Source: an uncultured Ignavibacteriales bacterium
GTDB lineage: Bacteria > Zixibacteria > MSB-5A5 > GN15 > FEB-12
Assembly: GCA_964416195.1 (NCBI GenBank)
Contig: CAYQDB010000003.1
Coordinates: 8,555 to 72,554 of the forward strand
Direction: 5' to 3'
DNA: 64,000 nucleotides
Under the pieces are notes generated by a model. It was not told the DNA's origin. It saw only the letters and a program-made list of their open reading frames with translations, and did not search any database. This document shows, in pieces, positions 45,005 to 53,777 of the stretch (position 1 is the first letter of the stretch; each line of letters begins with the position of its first letter). Both the position numbers and the translations under genes were made by a program.

Positions 45005-45769
45005 TTAGAAGCACAGAGGTGGCGGGTCTCCGCCTCGGAAGAGAAAGTTGACCAGATAGGTCAGATCGGCGACGTTGATGTTTTCCCCGGGATCGCCATC
45101 GACGTTGGCCTCCATAATACATGGCGGCGCCGGGCCACTCCGAAACAGGTACAATACAAGGAAGGTGATGTCGGCCACGTTAACCTCATCACCCGGCAGG
45201 TAGTCAACATTGCCCCTGATGCCAATACAACAGCTCGTATTTTCCTGAATATCGAGATAGCCCTTCTGGAACTGTGGTTTGAAGGAATTCGCTAATGAGT
45301 CTGAGAACGTGGTTGAGGATTCAATATCGCCGACAACCAGTGTGACGCTATCGATAGAAACGACCTGCGGGTTGATGGTCGGCAGGTAGGAGAAGTGCAG
45401 CCGGCCAAACAGCCCACTCCCCGGTGGTAGCAGGTCTTGGCCTGAAAAGGGAAAGCAGTAGATTGTGACGGTGCTGTCACTGGAGGACACCCCCTTAAGA
45501 GAGGTATATTCGACCCGTGAGCCCACGAATGAAAAGGAGTCCAGAACAACATCCGGAGAATCCCAGATCAGAGTTACCTCTATGCCAGCCAGAGGTTCGT
45601 CGTTGTAGAAATTGATCGGTACAATTCCGGGGCCGGTGTTGAAAGCGACGACCGAATCTACCAGAACCGAGTCCGGTATACCCGGGTCGTCCCGCAAGAC
45701 CTGACTATCAGCCGCTGTGGCGAAAAGAACCACGGCAGCAGATATATTGAGCAGCGTCTTAACATTCAT
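45005..45769 (-). CDS. secreted protein with cohesin-like N-terminal domain and dockerin-like C-terminal domain
   Basis: Signal peptide MNVKTLLNISAAVVLFATAADS. The segments GIVPINFYNDEPLAGIEVTLIWDSPDVVL and GLFGRLHFSY parallel cohesin strands by eye. C-terminal NVD...NVAD(I/L)T(F/Y)LV..LF occurs twice. Confidence 0.55.
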   Translation of the reverse strand: MNVKTLLNISAAVVLFATAADSQVLRDDPGIPDSVLVDSVVAFNTGPGIVPINFYNDEPLAGIEVTLIWDSPDVVLDSFSFVGSRVEYTSLKGVSSSDSTVTIYCFPFSGQDLLPPGSGLFGRLHFSYLPTINPQVVSIDSVTLVVGDIESSTTFSDSLANSFKPQFQKGYLDIQENTSCCIGIRGNVDYLPGDEVNVADITFLVLYLFRSGPAPPCIMEANVDGDPGENINVADLTYLVNFLFRGGDPPPLCF

Positions 45770-46450
45770 ACGGTTATCCTCTTCTCAGTAGATTTGACAT
45801 AGCAAAAACAGTGCTATTTAGACAGTGCAAAGATGTAATGCCCAAAATCTCGGCTATGGATTTGGGGCAGCGCCGTAAGTACTTGATATCACTTCTACAC
45901 AGACAAGATTAATATAATATCCTGCTGCCCTGGGCGCAACTTATTTTTGATTTTCGGATACCGGTGTGCAAGCATATTCAGTATTTCGTGAAAAGCGGTG
46001 GTTGCGCTGCTTGGTCGAGTCACAGCACTTATTGGGCCAACATCTTACTTTGTATGCTGCTGATAAAGTTGGATACGCCTCGCAACAAAACGCTAAAAGT
46101 GGCTAAAAGATGTGCTTGTATCAATGTCTGCTATACAGCCGAAGAGCTCAAATGCCTTGGTTACAAGATGAACTATTCACTGTACTGCCAACCAAAGGTC
46201 TGGTACCTGAGCGGGGAGCGTTTCATCGCTGCTGTCGATCGATTGATTGACAGGGCCAGAGCCAGGTACGAAAAACTGTCTCATTGAACAAAGGATCAGG
46301 GTTAGTAAGAGTATCATTCGGTGGTCGGAAAAATACTCCCCTAACGGGAAGAAATCGCTTCCTTTCAACAGGCATTCAGTGCTATTAAAAACGCAGATAC
46401 ATCTCCGTAACACTCAGGCAATCAATTAGTTAATTACACTCCGCAGCTTT

Positions 46451-46466
46451 TGGCACAGGCTGTGCT
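46451..46466 (+). promoter_or_regulatory. sigma54 promoter (TGGCAC-N5-GTGCT) upstream of flgF
   Basis: TGGCACaggctGTGCT has correct GG-N10-GC spacing. GGAGGA SD at 46480-46485 and GTG start at 46490. Confidence 0.6.
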
Positions 46467-46489
46467 AAAAAGGGACAGCGGAGGATGCC

Positions 46490-47221
46490 GTGATCAAGGG
46501 AATGTACACATCTGCTTCGGGGATGCTTCCTCGAATCAAGAAGCAGGAGCTGACGGCCAACAACATCGCCAACGTCAGTACTCCGGGCTACAAAAGAGAT
46601 ATGCTCTTTACGAAAGAGCTGACCCGGGCAGAACAGAAACTGGTGCACAAGCAATCCGACTGGCAACGTCCGATGGTTAATGAAGTCTATACCGACTACG
46701 CTCCGGGAATATTCGACAAGACCGGGAATCCCCTTGATCTGGCTATCGACGGCGATGGTTTTTTCACCCTTGAGCTGGCTGATGGCACCAGGGCTCTTAC
46801 CAGAGCCGGCTCATTTACTGTCAGCAACGATGGTTTTCTGGTTTTCCCTGGCGGCCCTCTGGTGCTTGGCGAGGGGGGGCCAATCGAGGTCGGTAACGGT
46901 AAGGTGACTATTTCTCAGTCTGGGGAGGTAGATGTTGACGGCTCGGTCATCAGCCGAATTGTCCCCGTGACTGTGGACAATGTGGACCTTCTGACTAAGC
47001 TGGGAGGCTGTCTCTTTGCGGTGCCGGAGGGAGTTGAGCTTCGGCCGGTGACAACCGCCAGTATCAGGCAGGGATATCTGGAAGCGGCCAATGTCGATAT
47101 CGTTGGAGAAATGATTGACATGATCGTTTCGTTCCGCACTTACGAAGTCAATGCGCGAGCTTTGCAAACACAGGACCGATCGCTGGAGAATCTCTTCAAT
47201 CGGGTCGGCGGGCGAGGGTAG
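46490..47221 (+). CDS. flgF: flagellar basal-body rod protein FlgF
   Basis: MIKGMYTSASGM, NNIANVSTPGYKR and C-terminal EMIDMIVSFRTYEVN. Confidence 0.85.
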   Translation: MIKGMYTSASGMLPRIKKQELTANNIANVSTPGYKRDMLFTKELTRAEQKLVHKQSDWQRPMVNEVYTDYAPGIFDKTGNPLDLAIDGDGFFTLELADGTRALTRAGSFTVSNDGFLVFPGGPLVLGEGGPIEVGNGKVTISQSGEVDVDGSVISRIVPVTVDNVDLLTKLGGCLFAVPEGVELRPVTTASIRQGYLEAANVDIVGEMIDMIVSFRTYEVNARALQTQDRSLENLFNRVGGRG

Positions 47222-47249
47222 AGCAACGCGAAGGGAATAAGGAGTAAAG

Positions 47250-48038
47250 ATGATTAAGGCGATGCGAACAGCGGCCTCCGGTATGGTGGCGCAACAAATG
47301 AACGTGGATAATATCGCCAACAACCTATCCAACGTCAGCACCACCGGTTTCAAAAGCAGCAAAGTGGAGTTTCAAGATGTCTTGTACCAGAATTACCGGC
47401 GTGCGGGAACGGCTTCTGCCGTTGGTTCCGAACTGCCAACCGGTCTGGCGATAGGGTACGGAACAAAAGCCGCCGCGACTGTCCGGCACTTCAGCGAGGG
47501 TAATCTGACGCTCACCGGCAACCCTCTTGATCTGGCTATCAGCGGCGACGGGTTCTTCCAGATCCAGTACCCGGACGGCACCACGACCTACACCCGTGAT
47601 GGCGCCTTTAAGCTCTCTGCCGATGGCAGGATCGTGACCAGCGACGGCTTCTTTATGCTACCAGAACTCACTATACCAGAAGATGCCACAGCAGTTTCTG
47701 TGGGCGCCGATGGAGTGGTGGAAGTCATAATAGCCGGACAGGAGGAGCCAACCCAGATCGGTCAGATTGAGCTGGCCCGCTTCATCAATCCGGCCGGGCT
47801 CAAGGCAATTGGGCGTAACCTACTGGTGCAGACCGGCGCCTCCGGCGATCCTATAACGGATGTGCCCACCCAGGGCGGTCTTGGCCAGATTGATCAGGGG
47901 TACCTTGAGATGTCCAATGTGAAGGTCGTCGATGAGATGGTGAACATGATTGTTGCCCAACGGTCATACGAAATGAATGCCAAGGCGATTCAAACGGCCG
48001 ACGATATGGCCGGTATTGCCAACAATCTAAAGAAATAG
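47250..48038 (+). CDS. flgG: flagellar basal-body rod protein FlgG
   Basis: 262 aa with MRTAASGM, DNIANNLSNVSTTGFK, GYLEMSNV and EMVNMIVAQRSYEMN. Confidence 0.95.
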   Translation: MIKAMRTAASGMVAQQMNVDNIANNLSNVSTTGFKSSKVEFQDVLYQNYRRAGTASAVGSELPTGLAIGYGTKAAATVRHFSEGNLTLTGNPLDLAISGDGFFQIQYPDGTTTYTRDGAFKLSADGRIVTSDGFFMLPELTIPEDATAVSVGADGVVEVIIAGQEEPTQIGQIELARFINPAGLKAIGRNLLVQTGASGDPITDVPTQGGLGQIDQGYLEMSNVKVVDEMVNMIVAQRSYEMNAKAIQTADDMAGIANNLKK

Positions 48039-48045
48039 GGCCAAG

Positions 48046-48741
48046 ATGAACTACTGCAAGGCAGTCTTTTTTCTCCCGCTCGTGGCAATCACGTTAGCGC
48101 TTGCGGGGCCGGTGCAGGCAGTTACCTGTGACCAGGCAATTATTGAGAAGATGATGGCGATGTACAATCTGGACACAAACTCGTATCAGATTGAAATCCT
48201 GTCCAACAGGCTTGCCTCGGCTGAGGCGACTGTGGACAATATCGCTATCCGTCCTCTAACGGCAAAAGAACCTTTGGGGTTGTTCACTGTCATGGCCAAG
48301 GTTAGCGAAGGCAGCGAGTTTGTTGAAAGCGGCCAAATTCGTATGAGGATCAGGCAGTTTGCAGATGTGGTCGTACTCTCCGACAGAATCCGGAGCCGTC
48401 AACCGCTGACTGCGGATTGTCTGACTGTCAAGCGGATGGACATTACTTCTCTACACGAAAAACCGCTGCCATCACTTGCTGCCATCGATGGTTATCGGGT
48501 TAGGCGAAACCTGCGCCGAGGCACGATCCTCACAACATCGGCTATCGAACCTATACCGGACATCGAATCCGGACGGGAGCTCTCCATTGTCTATGTTGAT
48601 GGCCTGTGTCGGATCACGACCGTCGGGGTGGCTCTTCAAACGGGTATGGCTGGTGACTACATAAAGGTCAAGAATAAGGGGTCCGGCAAAATAATCCTGG
48701 CCCGCGTTGTTGATGGCGCTGCGGTGGCCGTCGATCCATGA
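48046..48741 (+). CDS. flgA: flagellar P-ring assembly chaperone FlgA
   Basis: Signal peptide, SAF-like C-terminal region (G..I.V.N..SGK...A.V) and position before flgH. Confidence 0.8.
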   Translation: MNYCKAVFFLPLVAITLALAGPVQAVTCDQAIIEKMMAMYNLDTNSYQIEILSNRLASAEATVDNIAIRPLTAKEPLGLFTVMAKVSEGSEFVESGQIRMRIRQFADVVVLSDRIRSRQPLTADCLTVKRMDITSLHEKPLPSLAAIDGYRVRRNLRRGTILTTSAIEPIPDIESGRELSIVYVDGLCRITTVGVALQTGMAGDYIKVKNKGSGKIILARVVDGAAVAVDP

Positions 48742-48767
48742 TAAGCGGTTGAAGCCTGAGGTGTAAG

Positions 48768-49355
48768 ATGAAATATAAGAAAGCATTTATTATTCTGTTG
48801 GTGTTGCTCCTGTTGCCGTTCACCTTAAAACTGCGAGGTGAAGATTTTGGTCAGAACCAGTCGTTGTTCACGGATATCAAAGCACACAAAGTGGGCGATA
48901 TTCTCACGGTGCTCATTTATGAGCAGAACCGTGCCTCGCAGCAAGTGCAGGCCAAGACCGAAAAGACAACCAAGTTTTCAGCTAAAGGCGGACCAGGGGT
49001 CGGCACGCTTGATTTTCTACCTCTGTTTGGCGTTGACGGCACCAGTAAGGGCACCCATGACGGCAAGGGGGAGAACATCCGCAACGGGAGCCTGCAGGCC
49101 AAGATGTCGGTCACCGTTATCGAGGTGAAGCCCAACGGTGATCTGATCATTGAAGGGTCCCGCACAATCGGCATCTCCGGCGATCGCGAAACGTTGGCTC
49201 TGACGGGCGTCGTTCGCCAAAAGGACATCACTCCTGACAATACTATTGATTCGTACCTGATTGCCGATGCTGAGATTCACTACACCGGGAAGGGCAGCGC
49301 CACCACTGGCTCTCGCCCGGGGCCGCTTATGCGCTTTCTCAACTGGCTATTTTAG
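48768..49355 (+). CDS. flgH: flagellar L-ring protein FlgH
   Basis: SLF.D.KA.KVGDILTV.I and GNL.I.G....I. motifs. Confidence 0.9.
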   Translation: MKYKKAFIILLVLLLLPFTLKLRGEDFGQNQSLFTDIKAHKVGDILTVLIYEQNRASQQVQAKTEKTTKFSAKGGPGVGTLDFLPLFGVDGTSKGTHDGKGENIRNGSLQAKMSVTVIEVKPNGDLIIEGSRTIGISGDRETLALTGVVRQKDITPDNTIDSYLIADAEIHYTGKGSATTGSRPGPLMRFLNWLF

Positions 49356-49364
49356 GAGTGTTCG

Positions 49365-50498
49365 ATGCTGACAGGACTCTTTAGCAGAATGGCAATGCCT
49401 TCGCCCCTGGTGCTCGTGTTGTCTTTGGTGGCAGCGTTCTATGTTCCCGCAGAGGCGGGAAAGGTGAGAGTGAAGGACATCTGCTCATTTCAGAACAAGC
49501 AGGAAGTCGATTTGATCGGCTACGGGCTCGTGATCGGTCTGGACGGGACCGGTGACGGAACCGGCACGCAGTTTACAGTGCAATCTCTGGCCAACATGAT
49601 GGAACGGATGGGGCTGACCGTTGAGGCCGGTAAGATCAAGGTAAAAAATGTCGCCGCTGTCATAGTTACGGCGCGCATCTCCAGCCAGCAGACCGAAGGC
49701 TCTTGCTTTGACGTCACCGTGTCGTCGCTTGGCGACGCCTCGTCGCTCCAGGGTGGGATGCTGTTGTTGACGCCGCTTGCCGGGCCGCATGGGAGCGTCC
49801 GGGCTATGGCGCAAGGGCCGGTTTCAATCGGTGGTTTCAATGTTCAAGTCGACGAAAATAAAATAGTTAACAACTACACGCTCGTAGGGAGGGTCCCGGG
49901 AGGGGGGAAAATAACAAATCCGCTGGAAACACCGGAAAAGTGCGCATCGGAGATTTATCTATCACTATTTGACCCCGATGTCACGACTGCCTACCGTATT
50001 GCTGAGCGGATCAATATCAAGTATGGACTGACGTCTTCTCCTGTTAATGGGGGAACGGTCCGGGTAGTAGTTCCGGACTCGCTGGCTCAACCGACTGCGA
50101 GAATGAAATTCATCTCCGATATCGGTCTTCTCCAGGTGGTGCCTGATAACAACGCTCGTGTTGTTATCAATGAGAAGACAGGTACTATCGTAGCTGGCCA
50201 GCATGTCACTATCGAGCCGGTGGCAATCGCGCACGGAGCGATAACCGTCAACATTCAGTCAACCCCGGTTATCTCACAGCCGGAGCCGTTTAGCGATGGC
50301 GAAACAGTCGTTACTCAGCAGGCGCGCATCAGCGTGAACGATGAACCGGCACACGTGGTGCACCTGAAACGCTCAGTCTACCTTTCAGACATAGCTAAAG
50401 CCATGAACAAGATCGGCGCCACGCCGCGAGACATCATCGCCATCTTTCAGGCTCTCAAACAGGCAGGCGCCCTCAGAGCAGAGCTGATCATACTGTAA
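49365..50498 (+). CDS. flgI: flagellar P-ring protein FlgI
   Basis: VRVKDI, L.GYGLV.GL.GTGD and C-terminal ALKQAGAL.AEL(I)I(L). Confidence 0.95.
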   Translation: MLTGLFSRMAMPSPLVLVLSLVAAFYVPAEAGKVRVKDICSFQNKQEVDLIGYGLVIGLDGTGDGTGTQFTVQSLANMMERMGLTVEAGKIKVKNVAAVIVTARISSQQTEGSCFDVTVSSLGDASSLQGGMLLLTPLAGPHGSVRAMAQGPVSIGGFNVQVDENKIVNNYTLVGRVPGGGKITNPLETPEKCASEIYLSLFDPDVTTAYRIAERINIKYGLTSSPVNGGTVRVVVPDSLAQPTARMKFISDIGLLQVVPDNNARVVINEKTGTIVAGQHVTIEPVAIAHGAITVNIQSTPVISQPEPFSDGETVVTQQARISVNDEPAHVVHLKRSVYLSDIAKAMNKIGATPRDIIAIFQALKQAGALRAELIIL

Positions 50499-51451
50499 TG
50501 GTGCCTACCGTTAAATCTCATGTAGGGATTTATCCCCAGACCGCGATCGAGAGACTGAAAGACTCTAACGGCGGCGATATCGGGATGGAAAAGCAACGTC
50601 TGCGAAAGGCGACAAAAGAGTTCGAATCGCTTTTCATGTATGAGATGCTCAAAACGATGCGCAAAACGATACCGGGTGACGACTCATCCGAAAACAACGT
50701 CTTCTCAACTGATCTGGGGAAAGACACTTATACACAAATGTTTGACATGGAACTGGCCAGGAAGTTAACCAGCGGCGGGCAGGGCTCAATCGCTGATATG
50801 CTCTATAACTCTCTTGAGAGGGTGATTGCTGACCAACCCCGGTCTGAATCTTCACCGGTTAAGATCAAAGCTCTGAATCAAGCGGAGACAAAACTGACAA
50901 CTCTTGATCGGGAGCAAAAGAATATCCCGCTGCATCGGCTGCGGCCGGTCTCAATGCTTCCCAGGACACCGGGATTTGTTCCCATCCGGTCTGTCACGGC
51001 AAGTCGCTCACAGGACCCGATTATCTCCCAGTTTGGCCGGTACATCGAAGAAGCTGCCCAACAGACCTTGCTCGATTCATCCTTGATCTATGCCGTAATC
51101 AAGACTGAGTCTGACGGTGACCCACGCGCCATTTCACAGGTAGGAGCCAAGGGTCTGATGCAACTGGCGGACTCAACAGTGCAGGATTACAACGTCTCCC
51201 AGGTGTTTGATCCCAGGGAAAACATCCTCGCCGGCAGCAAGTATCTCCGGGACCTGGTCGACCGCTTTGGCAACCTGGAATTGGCACTCGCCGCTTACAA
51301 TGCGGGCCCACGGAATGTAGAGCGGCACGATGGTGTCCCGCCGTTCAAGGAAACAAGGGCATTCGTTGACAGAGTAATGCGCATTGTCGCGTCGCATAAT
51401 CGCACACTGCCGGAGCGTGAAGCTAAAGTAAGCACAGGAAGTGACCGATAA
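50498..51451 (+). CDS. flgJ: FlgJ-like rod-assembly protein: rod-binding N-domain fused to SLT-type lytic transglycosylase
   Basis: N-terminal KEFESLFMYEMLKTMRKT (rod-binding). C-terminal ESDGDP.A.S..GAKGLMQL...AAYNAGP (family-1 lytic transglycosylase). Confidence 0.8.
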   Translation: MVPTVKSHVGIYPQTAIERLKDSNGGDIGMEKQRLRKATKEFESLFMYEMLKTMRKTIPGDDSSENNVFSTDLGKDTYTQMFDMELARKLTSGGQGSIADMLYNSLERVIADQPRSESSPVKIKALNQAETKLTTLDREQKNIPLHRLRPVSMLPRTPGFVPIRSVTASRSQDPIISQFGRYIEEAAQQTLLDSSLIYAVIKTESDGDPRAISQVGAKGLMQLADSTVQDYNVSQVFDPRENILAGSKYLRDLVDRFGNLELALAAYNAGPRNVERHDGVPPFKETRAFVDRVMRIVASHNRTLPEREAKVSTGSDR

Positions 51452-51483
51452 AAATGATACGCGAACCGTCGAAACAGTGAAAT

Positions 51484-51969
51484 ATGGTAGATCGGTTAAT
51501 TGACATCCTTGGAAAAGAGGCGGCTCTCTTTGAATCGTTTCTCGATTTGCTGGAACAGCAGCAGCAGATGCTGGTCGCAAACAACCTCGAGGGACTGAAC
51601 AAAGTCACTGACCTGCAGCGAGAGAAGCTGATCGAAAGTCGGATATTGAATCGTCAGCGTGAGGAGCTGGTTGAGCGGATCAAAGTGGCCAATGAGATCG
51701 ACGGAGACCTGAACGTGGCACGCCTCCTGGAATTGGTTGATACCAACCGTGCGGGCCAGTTGACCAAATTGAGGGAGATTATTCTTAACCTCAGTGAGAA
51801 AATTACCCAGACCCGTAATCAGAATGCGATGCTGTTGAACCGGTCGCGTGAGTATATCGCGAAGACAATGGAAATGTTGTCACAAATTCACAACCCCAAA
51901 GGCGCCTATGCGTCGAGTGGGGCTGAGCAGCAGCGAACGGCAAACGTTGCCGTAGACAGGAGAGTCTGA
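51484..51969 (+). CDS. flgN: FlgN-family flagellar chaperone
   Basis: 161-aa helical protein with L..E...F..LL.LLE.QQQ.L. Lies immediately upstream of and overlapping flgK. Confidence 0.65.
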   Translation: MVDRLIDILGKEAALFESFLDLLEQQQQMLVANNLEGLNKVTDLQREKLIESRILNRQREELVERIKVANEIDGDLNVARLLELVDTNRAGQLTKLREIILNLSEKITQTRNQNAMLLNRSREYIAKTMEMLSQIHNPKGAYASSGAEQQRTANVAVDRRV

Positions 51970-53363
51970 TGCCGGGATTGTTCCAGGGACTTGAGCTGGG
52001 AAAACGGGCGCTGCTCACACACCAGACTTACCTGCAGACAATAGGGCACAATATTGCCAACGTCAATACCCCGGGCTACAGCCGTCAGCGGGTGAGCATT
52101 TCATCGACTTTTCCCGAACACAACGCGATAGGAACGATTGGCACCGGCGTAGCCGTTACCGACATCCGGCAGGTTCGCGATTTATTCCTGGGTGAGCAGT
52201 TTCGGAAGGAGAACAAGTCGCTTGGGCAGTGGTCGTACAAGCACAAGATTATGTCCCAGATTGAGGCTGTCTTTGGTGAACCAAACAGCAATACTCTCTC
52301 AGACCTGCTGAACGACTTCTGGGATGGTTGGGATGATCTTTCCACCAACCCAAGTTCTACCAGTCCCCGGGTGGCTCTCATTGAAAACGCTAACCTGCTG
52401 ACTAATCGTTTCCACGAGGTGGCCGCACAGCTAAATACTCTGCGCGATGCTATCGACGGCAACCTGGTTGCTATGACCAGCAATATCAACAGTCTCACCG
52501 CCGATGTGGCCCGTCTGAATGGCCAGATCAAAAAGCAGGAACTTGGCGGTGGTCGAGCCAACGACCTTCGTGATGTCCGCGATCAGCTCATTGATGAGTT
52601 GTCCGAGTATATCGACGTCAATACTATTGAGCAGAAAGACGGTCAGGTGCGCGTTTTTATTGGAGCAATGGAAATCGTAAATGGTGTCGATCAGGTGAAT
52701 ATCAACACAAGGGTCTTCAATGATAATGGTACGATCACGCACCAGCTCGTTTGGGAAAACAGCAACATGGTCGTGGGAAATACCAATGGTCAGTTCAAGG
52801 GGCTCCTGGATGCTCGCGATGATATTGTCCCCAGATACCTGGAACAACTGGACATACTGGCACAGGAACTGATTCAGCAGGTTAATAGCTTACACAGCAC
52901 CGGCTATGGCCTTGATGGCTCAACTGGTGTCGATTTTTTCGATAGCGCTTGTACCGGAGCTGCCAGCATCAGCTTAAACACGGCACTGGCCCAGAACCCG
53001 GACCGAATTGCCGCCTCCGCCAGTGGAGAGGAGGGCGATAATACTATTGCCCTGGCGATACAGGACTTGCGCAACCAGAGAGTCATGGAAAACAACACGA
53101 CAACGATGAGCGACTATTATAACAGCGTAATAGGCAAGCTCGGTGTCGAGGCACACGGAGCCCAGTCCCTTTCTGAAAACTATGAACTTCTGGTGCATCA
53201 GGTGTTGAGTGCCAGGGAATCAGTTCAGGGAGTTTCCCTCGATGAAGAGATGACGAACTTGGTGAAGTTTCAACATGCCTATGACGCGGCTGCCAGAGTC
53301 ATTACGACGATGGATGAAGCGCTTGATATGGTGATTCTCAGGATGGGGGTCACGGGTCGATAG
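51969..53363 (+). CDS. flgK: flagellar hook-associated protein 1 FlgK
   Basis: IGHNIANVNTPGYSRQR and C-terminal VSLDEEMTNLVKFQHAYDAAARVI. Confidence 0.9.
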   Translation: MPGLFQGLELGKRALLTHQTYLQTIGHNIANVNTPGYSRQRVSISSTFPEHNAIGTIGTGVAVTDIRQVRDLFLGEQFRKENKSLGQWSYKHKIMSQIEAVFGEPNSNTLSDLLNDFWDGWDDLSTNPSSTSPRVALIENANLLTNRFHEVAAQLNTLRDAIDGNLVAMTSNINSLTADVARLNGQIKKQELGGGRANDLRDVRDQLIDELSEYIDVNTIEQKDGQVRVFIGAMEIVNGVDQVNINTRVFNDNGTITHQLVWENSNMVVGNTNGQFKGLLDARDDIVPRYLEQLDILAQELIQQVNSLHSTGYGLDGSTGVDFFDSACTGAASISLNTALAQNPDRIAASASGEEGDNTIALAIQDLRNQRVMENNTTTMSDYYNSVIGKLGVEAHGAQSLSENYELLVHQVLSARESVQGVSLDEEMTNLVKFQHAYDAAARVITTMDEALDMVILRMGVTGR

Positions 53364-53407
53364 CTGGGACCTGAGCCACAAAAACTACTATTACCACGGA
53401 GGGTGGT

Positions 53408-53743
53408 GTGCTCATACTTACACGGAGGTTGGGTGAATCAATCACCATTGGAGACAACATTAAGGTCTCCGTACTCGGTATTCATGGACGGCAAGTGCGG
53501 TTGGGAATCGATGCCCCGCCGGAAGTGGTTGTGCATCGAGAAGAGATATACGTTAGAATTCAGACAGAGAACCGCAAGGCGTCGAAGTCTATCAAGAAAG
53601 ACTTGGTCGGCATGGTGCATTTGATCAAGGATAAGATAAAAAAGAAGGACCATCGGCAGACTAACTCGGCGAAGATTAACTACAAAGATAAGCCGCCAAA
53701 AGGCGGACGTAGCAGTAAGGGCAGAGAGGGAACGGTTGGGTAG
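53408..53743 (+). CDS. csrA: carbon storage regulator CsrA with about 50-aa Lys-rich C-terminal extension
   Basis: [48 protein letters not shown], then a basic tail [22 protein letters not shown]...[11 protein letters not shown] start. Confidence 0.9.
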   Translation: MLILTRRLGESITIGDNIKVSVLGIHGRQVRLGIDAPPEVVVHREEIYVRIQTENRKASKSIKKDLVGMVHLIKDKIKKKDHRQTNSAKINYKDKPPKGGRSSKGREGTVG

Positions 53744-53777
53744 CGATTACCGATAAGGCACCGTAAGGAGTATAGCA

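Noticed and set aside
45964-46287. 107-aa plus-strand ORF in the gap between the cohesin-like gene and flgF
   Set aside because: GTG start without an SD, Cys-rich and compositionally odd, with no motif. The region is better explained as promoter or enhancer DNA for the sigma54-dependent flgF operon. A real small gene cannot be fully excluded.
45809-46386. 10-mer cagtgctatt occurring twice (45809 and 46377) as a possible activator binding site
   Set aside because: A single exact 10-mer repeat is expected many times by chance in 64 kb. There is no palindromic structure.
53744-53777. ACCGATAA resembling a sigma28 -10 element upstream of flgL
   Set aside because: No TAAA-like -35 at the required spacing, and only 20 or so nt before the start codon. 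Probably a chance match within a translationally coupled operon.
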